Shown: positions 1 through 12,038 of the stretch, one piece after another
How positions within the stretch are numbered: the first letter of the stretch is position 1
Layout: the number at the start of each line of letters is the position of its first letter
Source: Squalus acanthias
Taxonomy: Eukaryota
Direction of reading: 5' to 3'
NCBI GenBank assembly: GCA_030390025.1
Contig: CM059432.1
Location: forward strand, 15,564,001-15,628,000
DNA length: 64,000 nucleotides
The notes under the pieces: generated by a model
What the model saw: only the letters and a program-made list of their open reading frames with translations
The model's database searches: none
What the model was told of the DNA's origin: nothing
Translations under genes and position numbers: made by a program

Positions 1-547
1 ATGACCAGATAATCTGACAATGAACAATAAGGAAATGGCCGACTTGTTAAATGAATACTTTGCAGTAGAGGAAGATTACAAAATACCAGCAGTAAAAGGG
101 AACCTATAAATAAGGCAAGGGGAGGAATTGATTGGATTTAATATAAGTTTAAAAAATGGTAATGGAGAAAGTAATGTGAGTTAAGATAGACAAATCTCCA
201 GGACCTGACAGTTTCGACCCCAGGGTATGAAAAGAAATAGGTGAGAAAATTGCAGATGTGTTCGGCATGATTTTCCAAAGCTCGGGAATTGTGCCTTTGT
301 ATTAGAAAATTGCAGATGTCACTCCATTATATAAGAAGGGAGGGAGGGAGAAACCAGAAAACTACAGACATGTCAGTTTAATATCAGTTGTGGGTAAGTT
401 ATTAGAATCCATCATCAGGGTCATGGTGGCTGAGCACTTGGACAAGTATGAGCTGATCAAAAAGAGTCAGCAAGGATTTGTAAAGGGCAGGTCATGTCTG
501 ACTAATCTAGTTGAATTTTCTGAAAAGGTCACTAACATAGTGAATAG

Positions 548-969
548 TCACGATACATGACGTAGAGTCATCCAGACTCAAGTCGTCGTTGGCTTGTTCA
601 CAGATGTGATTTCCAGTAAAAAAAAGTTAAAATTTTAAAGTTTATCGTTTTCCATACAGACTGCAGCTTTTGACACATTAGACCCCCTGTAACCCCACCT
701 CATTGTCTCAGTTGTATCTTGCTATGTCTTTGATGTGGTGCCTTCCTGGCTGACCTGATTGTTTATCTGCCGAGGTGTGACAAAAGGTAGTCAGGAGGAT
801 TAAATGTAGTCGTCTGCCATTGTACGCTTCACATGCATTGTTCTCTATCTATATATGCTTTGTCGATTTGTATTCCTTTACTTCACCTGACGAAGGAGCA
901 GCGCTCCGAAAGCTTGTGATTTCAAATAAAACTGTTGGACTATAACCTGGTGTTGTGCGACTTCTCACT
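548..969 (+). mobile_element. Penelope-like element (family 1), 3' UTR/pLTR fragment with 11-bp TSD
   Basis: Flanked by ATAGTGAATAG at 537-547 and 970-980. Homologous to the sequence after the GIY-YIG ORF end at 10935-11306. Contains a hammerhead motif. Confidence 0.85.
883..919 (+). ncRNA. Minimal type I hammerhead ribozyme (Penelope-type)
   Basis: TCAC-CTGACGA-A-GGAGC-AGC-GCTCC-GAAA-GC-TT-GTGA: CUGANGA and GAAA core, 5-bp stem II, stem I TCAC/GTGA, stem III reduced to the palindrome AAGCTT. Confidence 0.8.
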
Positions 970-1025
970 ATAGTGAATAGGGAAGGTGTATGGATGTTAA
1001 AAAGGAAGAAAGTTTATAAACCTTA

Positions 1026-1460
1026 GGACAAGGCCAGCATTTATTGCCCATCCCTAATTGCCCTTGAGAAGGTGGTGGTGAGCCGCCTTCTTGAACCACT
1101 GCAGTCCGTGTGGTGAAGGTACCCCCACAATGCTGTTAGGGAGGGAGTTCCAGGATTTTGACCCAGCAACGATAAAGGAATGGCGATATATTTCCAAGTT
1201 AGGATGGTGTGTATCTTGGAGGAGAACTTGGAGGTGGTGGTGTTCTCATGCGCCTGCTGCCCTTGTCCTTCTAGATGGTAGAAGTTGCGGGTTTGGGAGG
1301 TGTTGCCGAAGAAGCCTTGGCGAGTTGCTGCAGTGCATCTTGTAGATGGTACACACTGCAGCCATGGAACGCCGGTGGTGGAGGGAGTGGATGTTTAAGG
1401 TGGTGGATGGGGTGCCAATCAAGTGGGCTGCTTTGTCCTGGATGGTGTCGAGCTTCTTGG
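1026..1460 (-). mobile_element. 3' end of an L2/CR1-group LINE (here called family B)
   Basis: Reverse complement of the repeat at 32990, 34520 and 47080: RT C-terminus IQDKAA..YKMHCSNSPRLLRQHLP plus tail GGGCAATTAGGGATGGGCAATAAATGCTGGCC. Confidence 0.85.
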
Positions 1461-2917
1461 GTGATAAGTGGCGTTCCGCAGAGATTTGTACTGGGTCCTC
1501 AGCTCTTCACCATATACATCAATGACTTGGATGAAGGATAGAGAGTTGTATATCCAAGTTTGCAGATGACACCAAGTTAGGAGGCAGAGTAAGTTGTGTA
1601 GTTGAGCAGGAAATTTCAAAGGAACATAGGCAGATTAAGTGAGTGGGCAAAACTGTGGCAGATGAAGTGCAATGTGGGGAAGTTTGAAGTCATGCATTTT
1701 GGATCCAAGAATAACATCAGAATATTTTCTAAATGGTGAGTGACTGGGGACTGTGGAGGAGCAAAGAGATTTGGGTATCCAGATAAACAAATCAATAAAA
1801 GCTAGTGCACAGGTATAAAAAAATTATCAAAAAGGCTAATGGAATGTTGACCCATATCTCAAGGGGGCTGGATTACAAAAAGGGGAGGAAGTTATACTTC
1901 AGTTGTACAGAGCCTTGGTCAGATACCATTCGGACTACTGCGTTCAGCTTTGGATGTCGCACCTCAGGCAGGATATATTAGACCTTGGCAGGGGTACAAC
2001 AGAGATTGACCAGAACAATACTGGGGCTTAAAGGGTTAAATTATGAGGACATGTTGCATAAACTTGGCTTGTATCCCACTGAGTTTAGAATGTTGAGGGG
2101 TGATGTCACTGAGGTGCTTAAATTGATAAAGGGATTTGATAGGGTAGACTTAGAGAAACTCGGCCCTCTGGTGGGGGAACCCAGAACAGGGGGCACAATC
2201 TCAAATTTAGAGCTAGGCCATGTAAGAGTGAAATCCAGAAGCAATTTTTCAATCAAAGGGTAGTAGAAATCTGGAACTCTCCCCCAAAAGGCTGTGGATG
2301 CTGAGTCAATGAAAATGTTCAAGACTGTGATCGATAGGTTTTTGTTAAGTAAGGGTATCAAGGCATGTGGAACAAGTGGAGTTGAGGTATAGATCAACCA
2401 TGAACTGACTGAGTGATGGAACAGGCTCAAGGGGCTGAATGGCCTACTCCTGTTCCTATGTTGGTCAGTCTCAATCTAGTTTTGTGCAGTAGTCATGAGG
2501 TTAAAGCACACAGCTACCCTAATAGTTTGGATCTAATCGTTCTGTGTCTGACCTGGGAGTGCTTAACACTGACACTGGGTGCCTGAAACAGATATTTGAT
2601 AGAGACATACATGAATATAGAAACTACAAGTCATGGAAGGCCACTCTCTGCTCTGAACTAATGACCTAGAAAGAAGTATATTTGAGGTCGAGCAGAGGGA
2701 ATATAAGGACCTGGGCACTTGACTAAAAAATAAGACCTCATCAACACAACAACTTGCATTTATATAGTGCCTTTAACATAGTAAAACGTCTCAAGGCGCT
2801 TCACAGCATTATCAAACAAAATTGACACCGAACCACATAAGGAGATATTAGGGCAGCTGACCAAAAGCTTGGTCAAAGAGGTAGGTTTTAAGGAGCGTCG
2901 AAAAGGAGGAAAGAGAG

Positions 2918-3097
2918 CAATGTTCCCATTCAGCTGCGTGGCCATGTGGCCAGGAGCCACGCAGCGGACTGGAGGTCCCATGCAAGCCGGTCACCAGCTT
3001 TTGAATGGAAAAACTGGGCATCCGTGGAAATTTGAATGGGTCATGCAGCCGTTAAAGGGGCCACTCACCCAAAAAAAAAAATTTAGAGGGAACATTG
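2918..3097. mobile_element. Small TIR element (MITE, possibly hAT-derived) inside L2
   Basis: 10-bp perfect TIR CAATGTTCCC / GGGAACATTG interrupting otherwise contiguous L2 sequence. No clear TSD. Confidence 0.6.
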
Positions 3098-4016
3098 GTA
3101 GAGAGGCGGAGAGGTTTAGGGAGGGAATTCCAGAGCTTAGGGCCGAGGCAGCTAAAGGCACGGTCACCATTGGTGGCGCAATTAAAATCGGAGAAGTGCA
3201 AGAGGCCAGAATTGGAGAAGCACAGAGATCTCGGAGGGTTGTGGGGCTGGAGGAGGTTACAGAGATAGGGAGGGGCGAGACCGTGGAGGGATTTGATAAA
3301 AAGGGTGATCATTTTAAAATCAAGGCATTGCTTAACCGGGAGCCAATGTAGGTCAGTGAGCACAGGGGGGTTGGGTGAATGGGACTTGGTGCGAGTTAGG
3401 ACACGGGGCAGCAGAGTTTTGAATCAGCTCAAGTTTATGGAGGGCGGTAGATGGCATGCCAGCTAGGAGAGCATTCAAATAGTCAAGTCTAAGGTAACAA
3501 AGGCATGCTTGAGGGTTTCAGCAGCAGATGAGCTGAGACAGGGACGGAGTCGGGCGATGTTACGGAGGTGGATGTAGGCAGTCTTGGTGATGGAGCGAAT
3601 ATGTGGTTGGAAGCTCATCTCGGGGTCATATACGACACCAAGTTTGTGAATGGTCTGGTTCAGCTCAGACAGTTGCCAGGGAGAGGGATGGAGTCGATGG
3701 CTAGGGAACGGAGTTTGTGGTGGGGACCGAAGACAATGGGCTCGATTTTGCCATTGGGCAGGCTGGGGGCGTGTCAGCCGCTTTTCGTGTTAGCCACCCG
3801 ACTCCAATTTGATGTGGGAAAAATATGCGATTTTCCCCTAATTGGGCACTTGATTTCCAGTGTGTGGGAACCCCTGGCCCAATTAGTCTTTCCATCCTGA
3901 AAGTCGCCTCCAATGACGTCATCAATGCTGCTGGATTTAAGGCCTGCAAGCAGCCTTGCTTCTTCTGCAGACTGCAAACCTTATGCCCTTTGCTGTGATA
4001 GATTCCTCCAGCCAAT

Positions 4017-5998
4017 ATGTCCAGCAGTAGGCCAAAGTCTGCACCAAGGTTCGATGACGCCGCCCTGCAAGCTCTGGTGGAGGGAGCAAGAGGGAATAAG
4101 GAGCTGCTCTTCCCTTCCGCAGGGAGGAAGAAGCCTCCCCAGCAGATGAAGGCTGTGTGGATGCAAGTGGCCCAGGAGGTCAACTCTTTGTCTATGTGCC
4201 GCAGAACCTGGCTGCAGTGCAGGAAGAGGTTTCATGACCTTCTGCGCACTGGAAAAGTATGACTTTCCCATCACCCTCAATCTGATCCCCATTGCCTCTC
4301 CTCACCAGCACTGAGCTTTGACAACCTCTTCCTCCACATCCCACTTGACACTGACATCCCTGCACCCTTACCCATTCCCTCTCTCTCTATGGTCACATTC
4401 ACCTAACTATTCGACTATGCAGCCCTCACACTCCCTATCGCTGTGATGCTATGAAACCAACTTACAACACACAGGGAGGGCCCTTGGTCTTGCCACCTCA
4501 CTCCATCTTTGTCTCCTTCTAACCATCAATGATATGGATTCTCTACACTCACTCCTTCATTCTCACTCAAACTCCACTTGTCTCCCTCATTGCAGGAAAA
4601 GAGAGCTTACAATAAGAGGGAAAGAGCGAGGACAGGATGAGGGCCACCCTCAGTAGCCCAGCTCACCCCCTGGGAGGAGGCGGCCCTGGAGATCGTGGGA
4701 GTGGAGGAGGATGCGTAAGTGGGGGACGGACAGACGGGTGCATCAGAGCAAGCTGGTGACAGAATAGTTCATCATCTCTCTCATTGACATTGCATGAGTC
4801 ACTGATAATGATTCTGATGCTCTAACAGATTGACTTTTGATCATCTGCAATATTCAATGTGCATGTAACCTTGGCCTCACATCTCTGACTCTTTCCTTTA
4901 CTCCCCCACAGGACCATCGAAAGCCCCCGTCCCCACTATCCAGGAGGAACAGCCTGAGCCTCCAGACTCCTCAGAGGAAGCTGCAACCTCTGAGGGCGCA
5001 GCGTCAGCAGAATTCAGCGCACCCAGCACCAGCGCAGACACTCACACCTCGGTGGTACCTTCGCGAGATAGTGTAGTGTTGTCACCTGGTGTATCACAGC
5101 TCACAAGTGAGCATCAGCAGATGGTGGAGACAAGGACAGCAGTGGAGAGTCCTAGTCGGAGGGCGCAGGACTCTGCCAGCTCGGCTCAGCTGCATGTCGC
5201 CCCAGTGCCTCCGGGTCCATCCAGAAGAAGAGCGGTGCTGGAACTTCAGGAAGAAGTGCAGGAGTCTCTGGCAGGTTTTGTCTCCAGGGTCGCTGCGAGT
5301 GTGGAGCGAATGGAGGAGTCCATCGCTAACATGAGCAGAGCCTTTGTGGAGGCGTTGGCACATGAACGCATCACCACGGAAAGGATGGCAACCTCCGTGG
5401 AAAGGATGGCTAACTCCATGGTAAGGCTGGCTACCGTAGAGGAGAGGATGGCTATGTCCATGGAGCAGCTTAGTCGCCAGGGTATGAAAAACATGGTATT
5501 TGTTCAGAATAGACTGACATCTCTCGAGGAGCGATGGTCAGCTCTTCAGCAAACAAACCAGACCTTCAGGCAAGTCCTCGGGAGTAGGACTTCCAGTACA
5601 GAAACGGGTCCTCATGGCCCCCCTGAATTGCAGCAAGGTGCTGTCAAGCCACTTGCTAGCTCTGAAGTGGGCTGACCCATGAGAGGGATGTGGGTGGCAG
5701 ACAACAAGGAAGTGGGGGCTCCTCTCCAAGCGCTCACACGACCATGCCACTGCAAAGTCCTCGGTCAGAGCCCCACCAGAGTCCCCATCCAACTGAGATC
5801 GGCGTCTCAACCCCTGCACAGCCGCAGGAGCAGCAGACTGTTGCCGAGCCCTCACAGGTTCGCAACCCCAGAGGACGCCCGCCAAAGGTGTCGAGACAGG
5901 AGCAGCAAGAAAGTGAGCAAGGGGCCTCCACATCTGCTGAAGCCACAGGGGAAGCACTATGTAGGAGCACGCGTAAGAGGAAGATAATGCACAAGTAG
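4017..5998 (+). pseudogene. Harbinger Myb/SANT-like (trihelix) DNA-binding protein, 3 exons (about 4017-4256, 4596-4755, 4912-5998)
   Basis: Exon 1 encodes PRF..L..LV..W.QVA..VN..RTWLQCRKRFHDL. Introns are GT-AG with polypyrimidine tracts. Exon 3 has a heptad/coiled-coil region and ends PRGRP..RKRK. Exon 2 has two stops, and there is a 1-bp frameshift near 5670 relative to copy 2. Confidence 0.85.
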
Positions 5999-6254
5999 TC
6001 ACAAGGGTAGTCACTTGGGTGAAATGTTATGTTTAATGTTGAAAAGCCATCAGTTGGTTATTGTCATTAAAAATTCTGATGTCAACTGTTGCAGTTGTGG
6101 CGTGTGTCATATCGCTAATGGGACTTCCACATTGAGGGCTTAGGATGACTTGCAATTGTCAGTATGATCGTCAGAGTGGTAGGAACCACAGGTTCTTGGC
6201 CATTGTCAATGCTCTGGTAAGAAGCTGCGAGGCAAAAGTGTTTGATTGGCTAGG

Positions 6255-7505
6255 CTAAGCAAATCTGGCCAAGATGAGTGCGTCCCTTGCATCCCGGGCA
6301 GCAATGTGCTCGCGTGCTGCTGGCGCTGGTTGATGCGCCTCTGCAAGCTGGTCATTGTCGCTCTCCTCCTCCTCCTCCTCCTCCTCCTCATCTGAGGAGG
6401 CTATGTGATGAGCCACTTGTTCCTCAGGCATCTGCAAGCCACGACGCTGTGCCATGTTGTGAAGTGCACAGCAAACCACGACGATTCTGGAGACCCTGGC
6501 TGCTGAGTACTACAGGGCTCCACCTGATCTATCAAGGCATCTGAAGCGCATCTTCAGCTAGCCGATGGTTTGCTCGATTATGGATCTGGTGGAAATGTGG
6601 CTCGAGTTGTAGCTCTCCTCAGCTTCGTTGGATGGGCTCCTCAACGGCGCCATTAGCCATGTCTTCAGGGGATAGCCCTTGTCTCCAAATAGCCATCCGT
6701 TAAGTTGGTCTGGCAGACTGAAGAGCGGAGGCACACTAGACTGGCGCAGGATGAAGGAGTCATGGCAACTGCCAGGGTACTTGGCACAAACATGCAAAAT
6801 TTCCTTCTTGTGGTCACACACCAGCTGTACGTTGCGGGAGTGGAAGCCCTTGCAGTTGACAAAAATACCTGGATTGTGATGGGGTGCCTTAAGGGCCACA
6901 TGTGTGCAGTCAACGACGCCCTGCACCCTTGGAAAGCCTGCCAGATTGTCAAACCCAACCGCACGTGCAGTTACACTGGCTTGATCCTTGGAGAAATGGA
7001 TGTGATTGTGCGCGATGGCAAAGAGGGCGTCGGTTATCTGCGTGATGCAAGTGTGTGCGGCCGCCTGGGAGACGCCGCTGATGTCTGCTGCTGATCGCTG
7101 GAATGAGCCTTAAGCAAAAAAGTTGAGTGCGGTGGTGACTTTGACGGCCACTGGTAAGGGGTGTCCACCTGCTCCTCTGGGCTCCAGGTCTTGCTGCAGC
7201 ATTGCACAGATGTCACCCACTACCTCTCGCGAAAGTCTGAGCCTCCTTTGGCACTGCTGCTCAGTCATGTTGAGGTAGCTCATCCTCTGTCTGTAGACCC
7301 TGTTTGGGGGGTGTCTCCTGCGCCGAAGGGCTTCCATGCGCTGGCGTCTTCTGGCCTGTGCAGCTTCAGGTGGGTGAGCAGCAGCTTGGAGCTCCTGCTG
7401 TTGCTCCTGCAGTTGGTGCTGCTGTTGTTCAGGGTTCTGCTGCTGCCGCGGCTGCTCTTCATCCAAATCTGATGTCCAGGAGGAAAGGAAATAAATGGTT
7501 CCCAT
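6255..7505 (-). pseudogene. Harbinger (HARBI1-like) DDE transposase
   Basis: One continuous frame: [64 protein letters not shown]. Three in-frame stops (about 7110, 6558, 6510) and no frameshift. Confidence 0.93.
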
Positions 7506-9737
7506 GCTTCTGGTATATGCCTCAGTTGAGGAAGCGCTCATTCAAGGTGGCGAGAGGGGTTTCCCAGGAGGTCACACTGGAGATGGGTGTCAGGCTCCAA
7601 ACTTCCACAACAATGAGTAGGCCTATAAAAAGTTCCCCCAGACCTGAGACAACAAAGTTCTGCCACCTGCAAATGAAGATTGCTGAAAACTCCTTTTTAA
7701 TGCAGCTGTTAGTAAGCAATCCACTTGTACTGCCGCCAGGTTTCACTGGCGTGTTTCAGAGGAGGCATGCAGCACGTGGGAAAACTGTTAAAATCAGAAA
7801 GGCCTCTCAAAATTGGATTATAGAGGCACTTAACTGGTTGTTAAAGGCCTTAAGGGCCTATCCCGCCTCTTGGAGGCGGGATGGAGACAGGGTCAGAAAA
7901 CTCCCATGTGGGAAAATTGCTCAGAGGTGGGATGGAGGCGGGATCGGGCACGCCCGCCAGTTTCTGCGATTTTAACACCTCACACGCCTCCAATCCCGCC
8001 TCCTCGGGCCTGGCAAAATCGAGCCCAATGGCTTCAAGCTTCCCAATATTTAGTTGGAGGAAATTTCTGCTCATCCAGTACTGGATGTCGGACAAGCAGT
8101 GTGACTAATGAAAGACAGTGGAGGGGTCGAGAGAGGTGGTAGTGAGCTAGAGCTGGGTGTCGTCAGCGTACATGTGGAAACTGACGCTGTGTTTTCGGAT
8201 GATGTCACTGAGGGGCAGCATGGAGATGAGAAATAGGAGGGGGCCAAGGATAGATCCTTGGGGGACTCCAGAGATAAAGGTACGGGAGCGGGAAGAGAAG
8301 CCATTGCAGGTGATTCTCTGGCTACGATTAGATAGATAAGAATGGAACCAGGCGAGTGCACTCCCACCCAGCTGGACAACGGAGGAGAGGCGTTGGAGAA
8401 GGTTGGCGTGGTCAACCATTTTTAAGGGTTTTAACCTCTGGATTGCTTCCTGTGTCACCTGCTGCACAGGTTAAGGAGTGGAAGATTAGGAAGGTCAATG
8501 TGTGGAGTAAGTGAGTTGTGCCATTAGTTGCGTTGCGCCATAATTTGCTGTGACATTTGCGCTGTTCCACTGATAGCCTCGCCGAAGCTGATAAAACTTT
8601 GTTCTCGTCGTTCAGCCCCACAATGGTGATCACAAATTTTCCGGATTTATGCCATTAATCGCACCGTAGCCACTCAGACTGAAAAATAAAGGCGTGCGTG
8701 AGGTGATTTATGGACCTCACATGACCCACAGCCTAGGAGGCCAACAAAGGGACCATTAGAGCTGTGGAGCCTCACCCCAGCAGTCTGAAGATTGTTTGTA
8801 GAGTTTTATTTTTCTAATTAGAAAGACAACTCCTTTCAAGTTCAAGCCATTCCGTAAAAAAAATACAGAGACAGACAACCTTTGATTATCTATTACTTAT
8901 AATAGAATTTTGAGTTCTGGATTGAAGCCCAGAGAATGCTTACCTTGCCTGCCCTGGTTAGGTCATTGTATTTTATTCAGCACTGGGCACCCGATCATGG
9001 GACAACTGACATGGCGCTTCATCCACCTCCCTCCAAGTCACTTGGCTCACCTTTCAGAGATGACTTTTTACAGAGTTTTAAAAGTTTTTCTAACTGTAAT
9101 TTACTTTTTGAAGTTTATTTCAGATGTTGCAGGTCACTTACCTCCGAGTGCCAAGGCTCAATTTGAGTTATGGCGTCCTCAGCTTTTTATAATGCCTTAT
9201 GATTGGACTGCGGAGTAAGCCATTGGGTATGCGGTGCACAAGGTCCCTAATTTGCCATTGACCGCATTACGCTGTGGACAGATTGGTGTTCCAGCGAGTG
9301 GTGGCGCAAATATAGTGCGATATGAACGGAAAGCACAAATTAACGGCCTGTGCCGCCAAACACGTCGTCCCAGCAAATTCCTCATGGTTATAATTTCAGG
9401 AGAGATAGTGAGGGAAAAAGGGGTTTGGGTAGCAATGTTAGTGAAGGATTCTATCACAGCACTGGAATAAGAGTGCCCAAGGGCGTTGCGTTAAGACAGA
9501 ATCTATAGGTAACGTACTTTGAGAGTTGGAGCTCCTGTGTGCACTAATTATCCGCCAAAATGGTGACTGGTCACCTCTGTCTGCAGATTAGAAAACCCGT
9601 TCGTACAGCAATGGTGTTGTGGACAAAAAAAATTAAACAAACGGCACAAACAAAACCCAATAAATCATTGAAAAACAAGACCGAAATGGCCTCCAAACTG
9701 CTGCAAGAATATTCTTCCTAGCCATTTACATACTTAC

Positions 9738-9917
9738 CTGTATTGCTCAATGTCTAGCAAAGCTGAACAATGGACATTCATTTCACTTGATGTACTAGCA
9801 GCGTCGAGGATGAAAGGAGACAAGGGACTCATCATAACTCTGCTCCCGCATCTTTTGCGTACGATAATGAAATTCTCGCTTATCAAGCAGCTGTTTTTTT
9901 CCAACTGCCCCCTGGGC
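9738..9917 (-). other. Candidate 180-nt internal exon of an unknown transcript
   Basis: Acceptor TTTCCAACAG|G and consensus donor CAG|GTAAGT. One frame is fully open (PRGQLEKNSC..ALLDIEQY). No protein family recognised. Confidence 0.35.
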
Positions 9918-10809
9918 CTGTTGGAAATTCAGGTCATGCACGAAAGAGTCGCAGGGGGCATATGTTCTACTGCAGGCCGCCCATTTCTCGGCTGAATAAC
10001 GGGTGACCAGCAGTTGACAGTCTGGTGGGGACCTTGTACACCCATGTGCCCACCCGGATCATCTTTAACTGGACAGGCAGCACCCCTGCCCAAAACAGGT
10101 GGGAGGTTGTTGAGCGATCCAAATTGGGGGTTCTACGCCTGTATGGTGCATGTCAGTCCCATTTCTTCGGGCATTGAGTGGCCTAACCAGCGATCCTTAA
10201 AGGGACAGATGGAGACCTTGTAAGATTCTCAAAATTCACAGATCCCCCAAAACTCAAAGACAAACCCTAAGGAAAAAGACTTTGGACTCTTTTTCTAACT
10301 ATTACAAGTGGTGAAATGCATTGGGCTTAACCGAAGGACATTTTAGTGCAAAAACCAAGATTTGGTATTTTAAAAGACATGTCTGGACTTGTAAGGGAGA
10401 AAAGGCTGTAAAGGAAGGTGGGATCAACCTCTGTAAAGACAGTTTGGATATTGGAGTTAATGGGAACTGTCTGGGGAACCGCATGACCTCGCTTGGAGTT
10501 AAATCGGCCCCTAGCAGACATTAACATCCTAACAATAGACCCACGGAAAAGCAGCCCCCACCCAATTTACAGAACCCATTAAAGACATGCATAAAACAGA
10601 TTACTTCAGCTTACTCTATAGAAATCATAGGCCCAGCCAAGAAAACCCAAAACATAAGAACAATCAAACTCCGATTAAGTGGCAAATCGACAGGATGGGG
10701 GCCACTTCACACATTTACAAACCAGTTACTGTTAACGAGCCCTCCAAAATCTTACAATGACCGGGATTTGATTTGGCATGCAGATAAGGAAGCTTCAATG
10801 GGTATAATG

Positions 10810-11306
10810 GATCTGCGGGTAAGCGTTCTCCAAGGCAACCTTAGAAACACACGACAACGCAAAATCATCGAGCAGAAACTGATAGCCAAGTTCTGCACTC
10901 ATGAAGACGGTCTCAATCGGGATCTTGGGTTTATGTCACGATACATGACGTGATCCGGACTCGAGTCGTCGTTAGCTTGTTCACAGATGTGATTCCCAGT
11001 AAAAAAGTAAAAATTTTCCCAGTAAAAAAGTAAAAATTTTTTTAAAGCTTTTCGTTTTACATACAGACGGCAGCTTTTGACACGTTAGAACCCCTGCGAC
11101 TTCACCTCATTGTCTCAGTTGTATCTTGCTATGTCTTTTGATGTGGTACCTTCCTGGCTGACTTAATTAACTTTATCACACCTCGGCAGATAGTCAGGAT
11201 GATTTAATTTATTGGTCTGCAATTGTAAAGTACACATGCTTTTTTTTCCATCTATATATGCTCTGACGATTCTGTATCCAATTTACTTCACCTGAGGAAG
11301 GAGCGA
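10810..11306 (+). mobile_element. Penelope-like element (family 1): GIY-YIG endonuclease C-terminus plus 3' UTR, truncated within the hammerhead
   Basis: DLRVSVLQG..RKIIEQKLIAKFCTHEDGLNRDLGFM. The UTR matches 548-900 and ends CTTCACCTGAGGAAGGAGC. Confidence 0.85.
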
Positions 11307-11309
11307 TAG

Positions 11310-12038
11310 AAGGCCCATTCTCAACAGTTCAAGTTCGAGTTCTCCAGTACAGGTACACAGTTCAGCAGTTACAACAAGTTCCCTACAAGTTCAAGGGTGG
11401 AGCAGTTACACAGTTACAGCAAGCAGCAGGGAGTTCAGCAAGCAGTCCGGCAGAAGGCAGTTCCACAGCTCTGAAGAAGACAGTTCAACAAGGCGAGGGG
11501 GCAACAGAAAGAAGTTCAACAAAGAAGGCCAGCAGCTCCAGAAGCAGGCCGACACGCAAGAAGAAACCAGAGCGACCGCCTCAGTGACCATCGGACACCT
11601 CGCGGCAACAAGGGCCTTACGAAACTTTTTATTTAAAAGGACTCTAAACCCTACCTCTAACCAAAGAAAAGTGGGTACTCACCCGATAAATCCAATCCAG
11701 CGAATCCCGAAACCGCGAACCAGCTCAACTGTCAAGGATTCGTTTGGTGAGCATTATCCCTGGTTCTCCAGAGTCCAACCTAACTAGTGAAGTGGGATTG
11801 GGAGGGGTGAAGTATTCTTCTAATGTTATTTCCCTCGCTTGTACCAAAGTGTTCCCCACTTTAGAGTGTTAAGAGTGTTTGTGTTGTGTTTTACTTTCTT
11901 GAATAAAGATCAAAAGTTCTTGCATCAAAACCAGTTGTCTGCTGCACTTTTTGTCACAACCCCCAAATAAGTCCAAGGTCTAGAGCCAAGGGAGTGGGAG
12001 CGATTCGAACCGCTCAGAAGTCAGAGGTGAAGCTGACA
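11310..12038 (+). repeat. Possible solo-LTR 3' part
   Basis: Repetitive CAGTTC/CAAG segment, AATAAA near 11902, ends ..GCTGACA. No TSD or firm 5' TG end identified. Confidence 0.3.

Larger units (their letters stand above)
1..2462 (+). mobile_element. Old, degraded CR1 LINE (ORF2 RT region to 3' tail), interrupted by insertions at 548-969 and about 1026-1460
   Basis: Frame-broken CR1 ORF2 motifs (LNEYFA, DKSPGPD, NYRHVSLISVVGK, SCLTNL, SGVPQ..LGPQLFTIYINDL, FADD) and the CR1 tail GGGGCTGAATGGCCTACTCCTGTTCCTATGTT near 2430-2462. Confidence 0.9.
3738..8026. mobile_element. Full-length PIF/Harbinger DNA transposon, copy 1 (both genes inactivated)
   Basis: 16-bp perfect TIR GGGCTCGATTTTGCCA (3738-3753 and 8011-8026), 3-bp TSD AAT, convergent Myb/SANT-like and DDE transposase genes. 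Confidence 0.95.
2741..8420 (-). mobile_element. L2 LINE 3' portion, split by the Harbinger insertion (segments 2741-3737 and 8027-8420)
   Basis: ORF fragments SGVPQGSILGPLLF..HMYADDTQL, QYWMSRNFLQLNIGK and LHWLPV..GDRAFS..KLWNSLP. Tail ATATAAATGCAAGTTGTTG. The two segments rejoin across the AAT TSD. Confidence 0.88.

Noticed and set aside
6206..7975. Poly-Arg, poly-Pro and other overlapping ORFs in the Harbinger
   Set aside because: They are alternative or antisense frames of the transposase poly-Glu and Gln-rich tracts.
9730..9740. ATACTTACCTG, identical to the 5' end of U1 snRNA
   Set aside because: The following sequence does not resemble U1. It is better read as a - strand splice donor.
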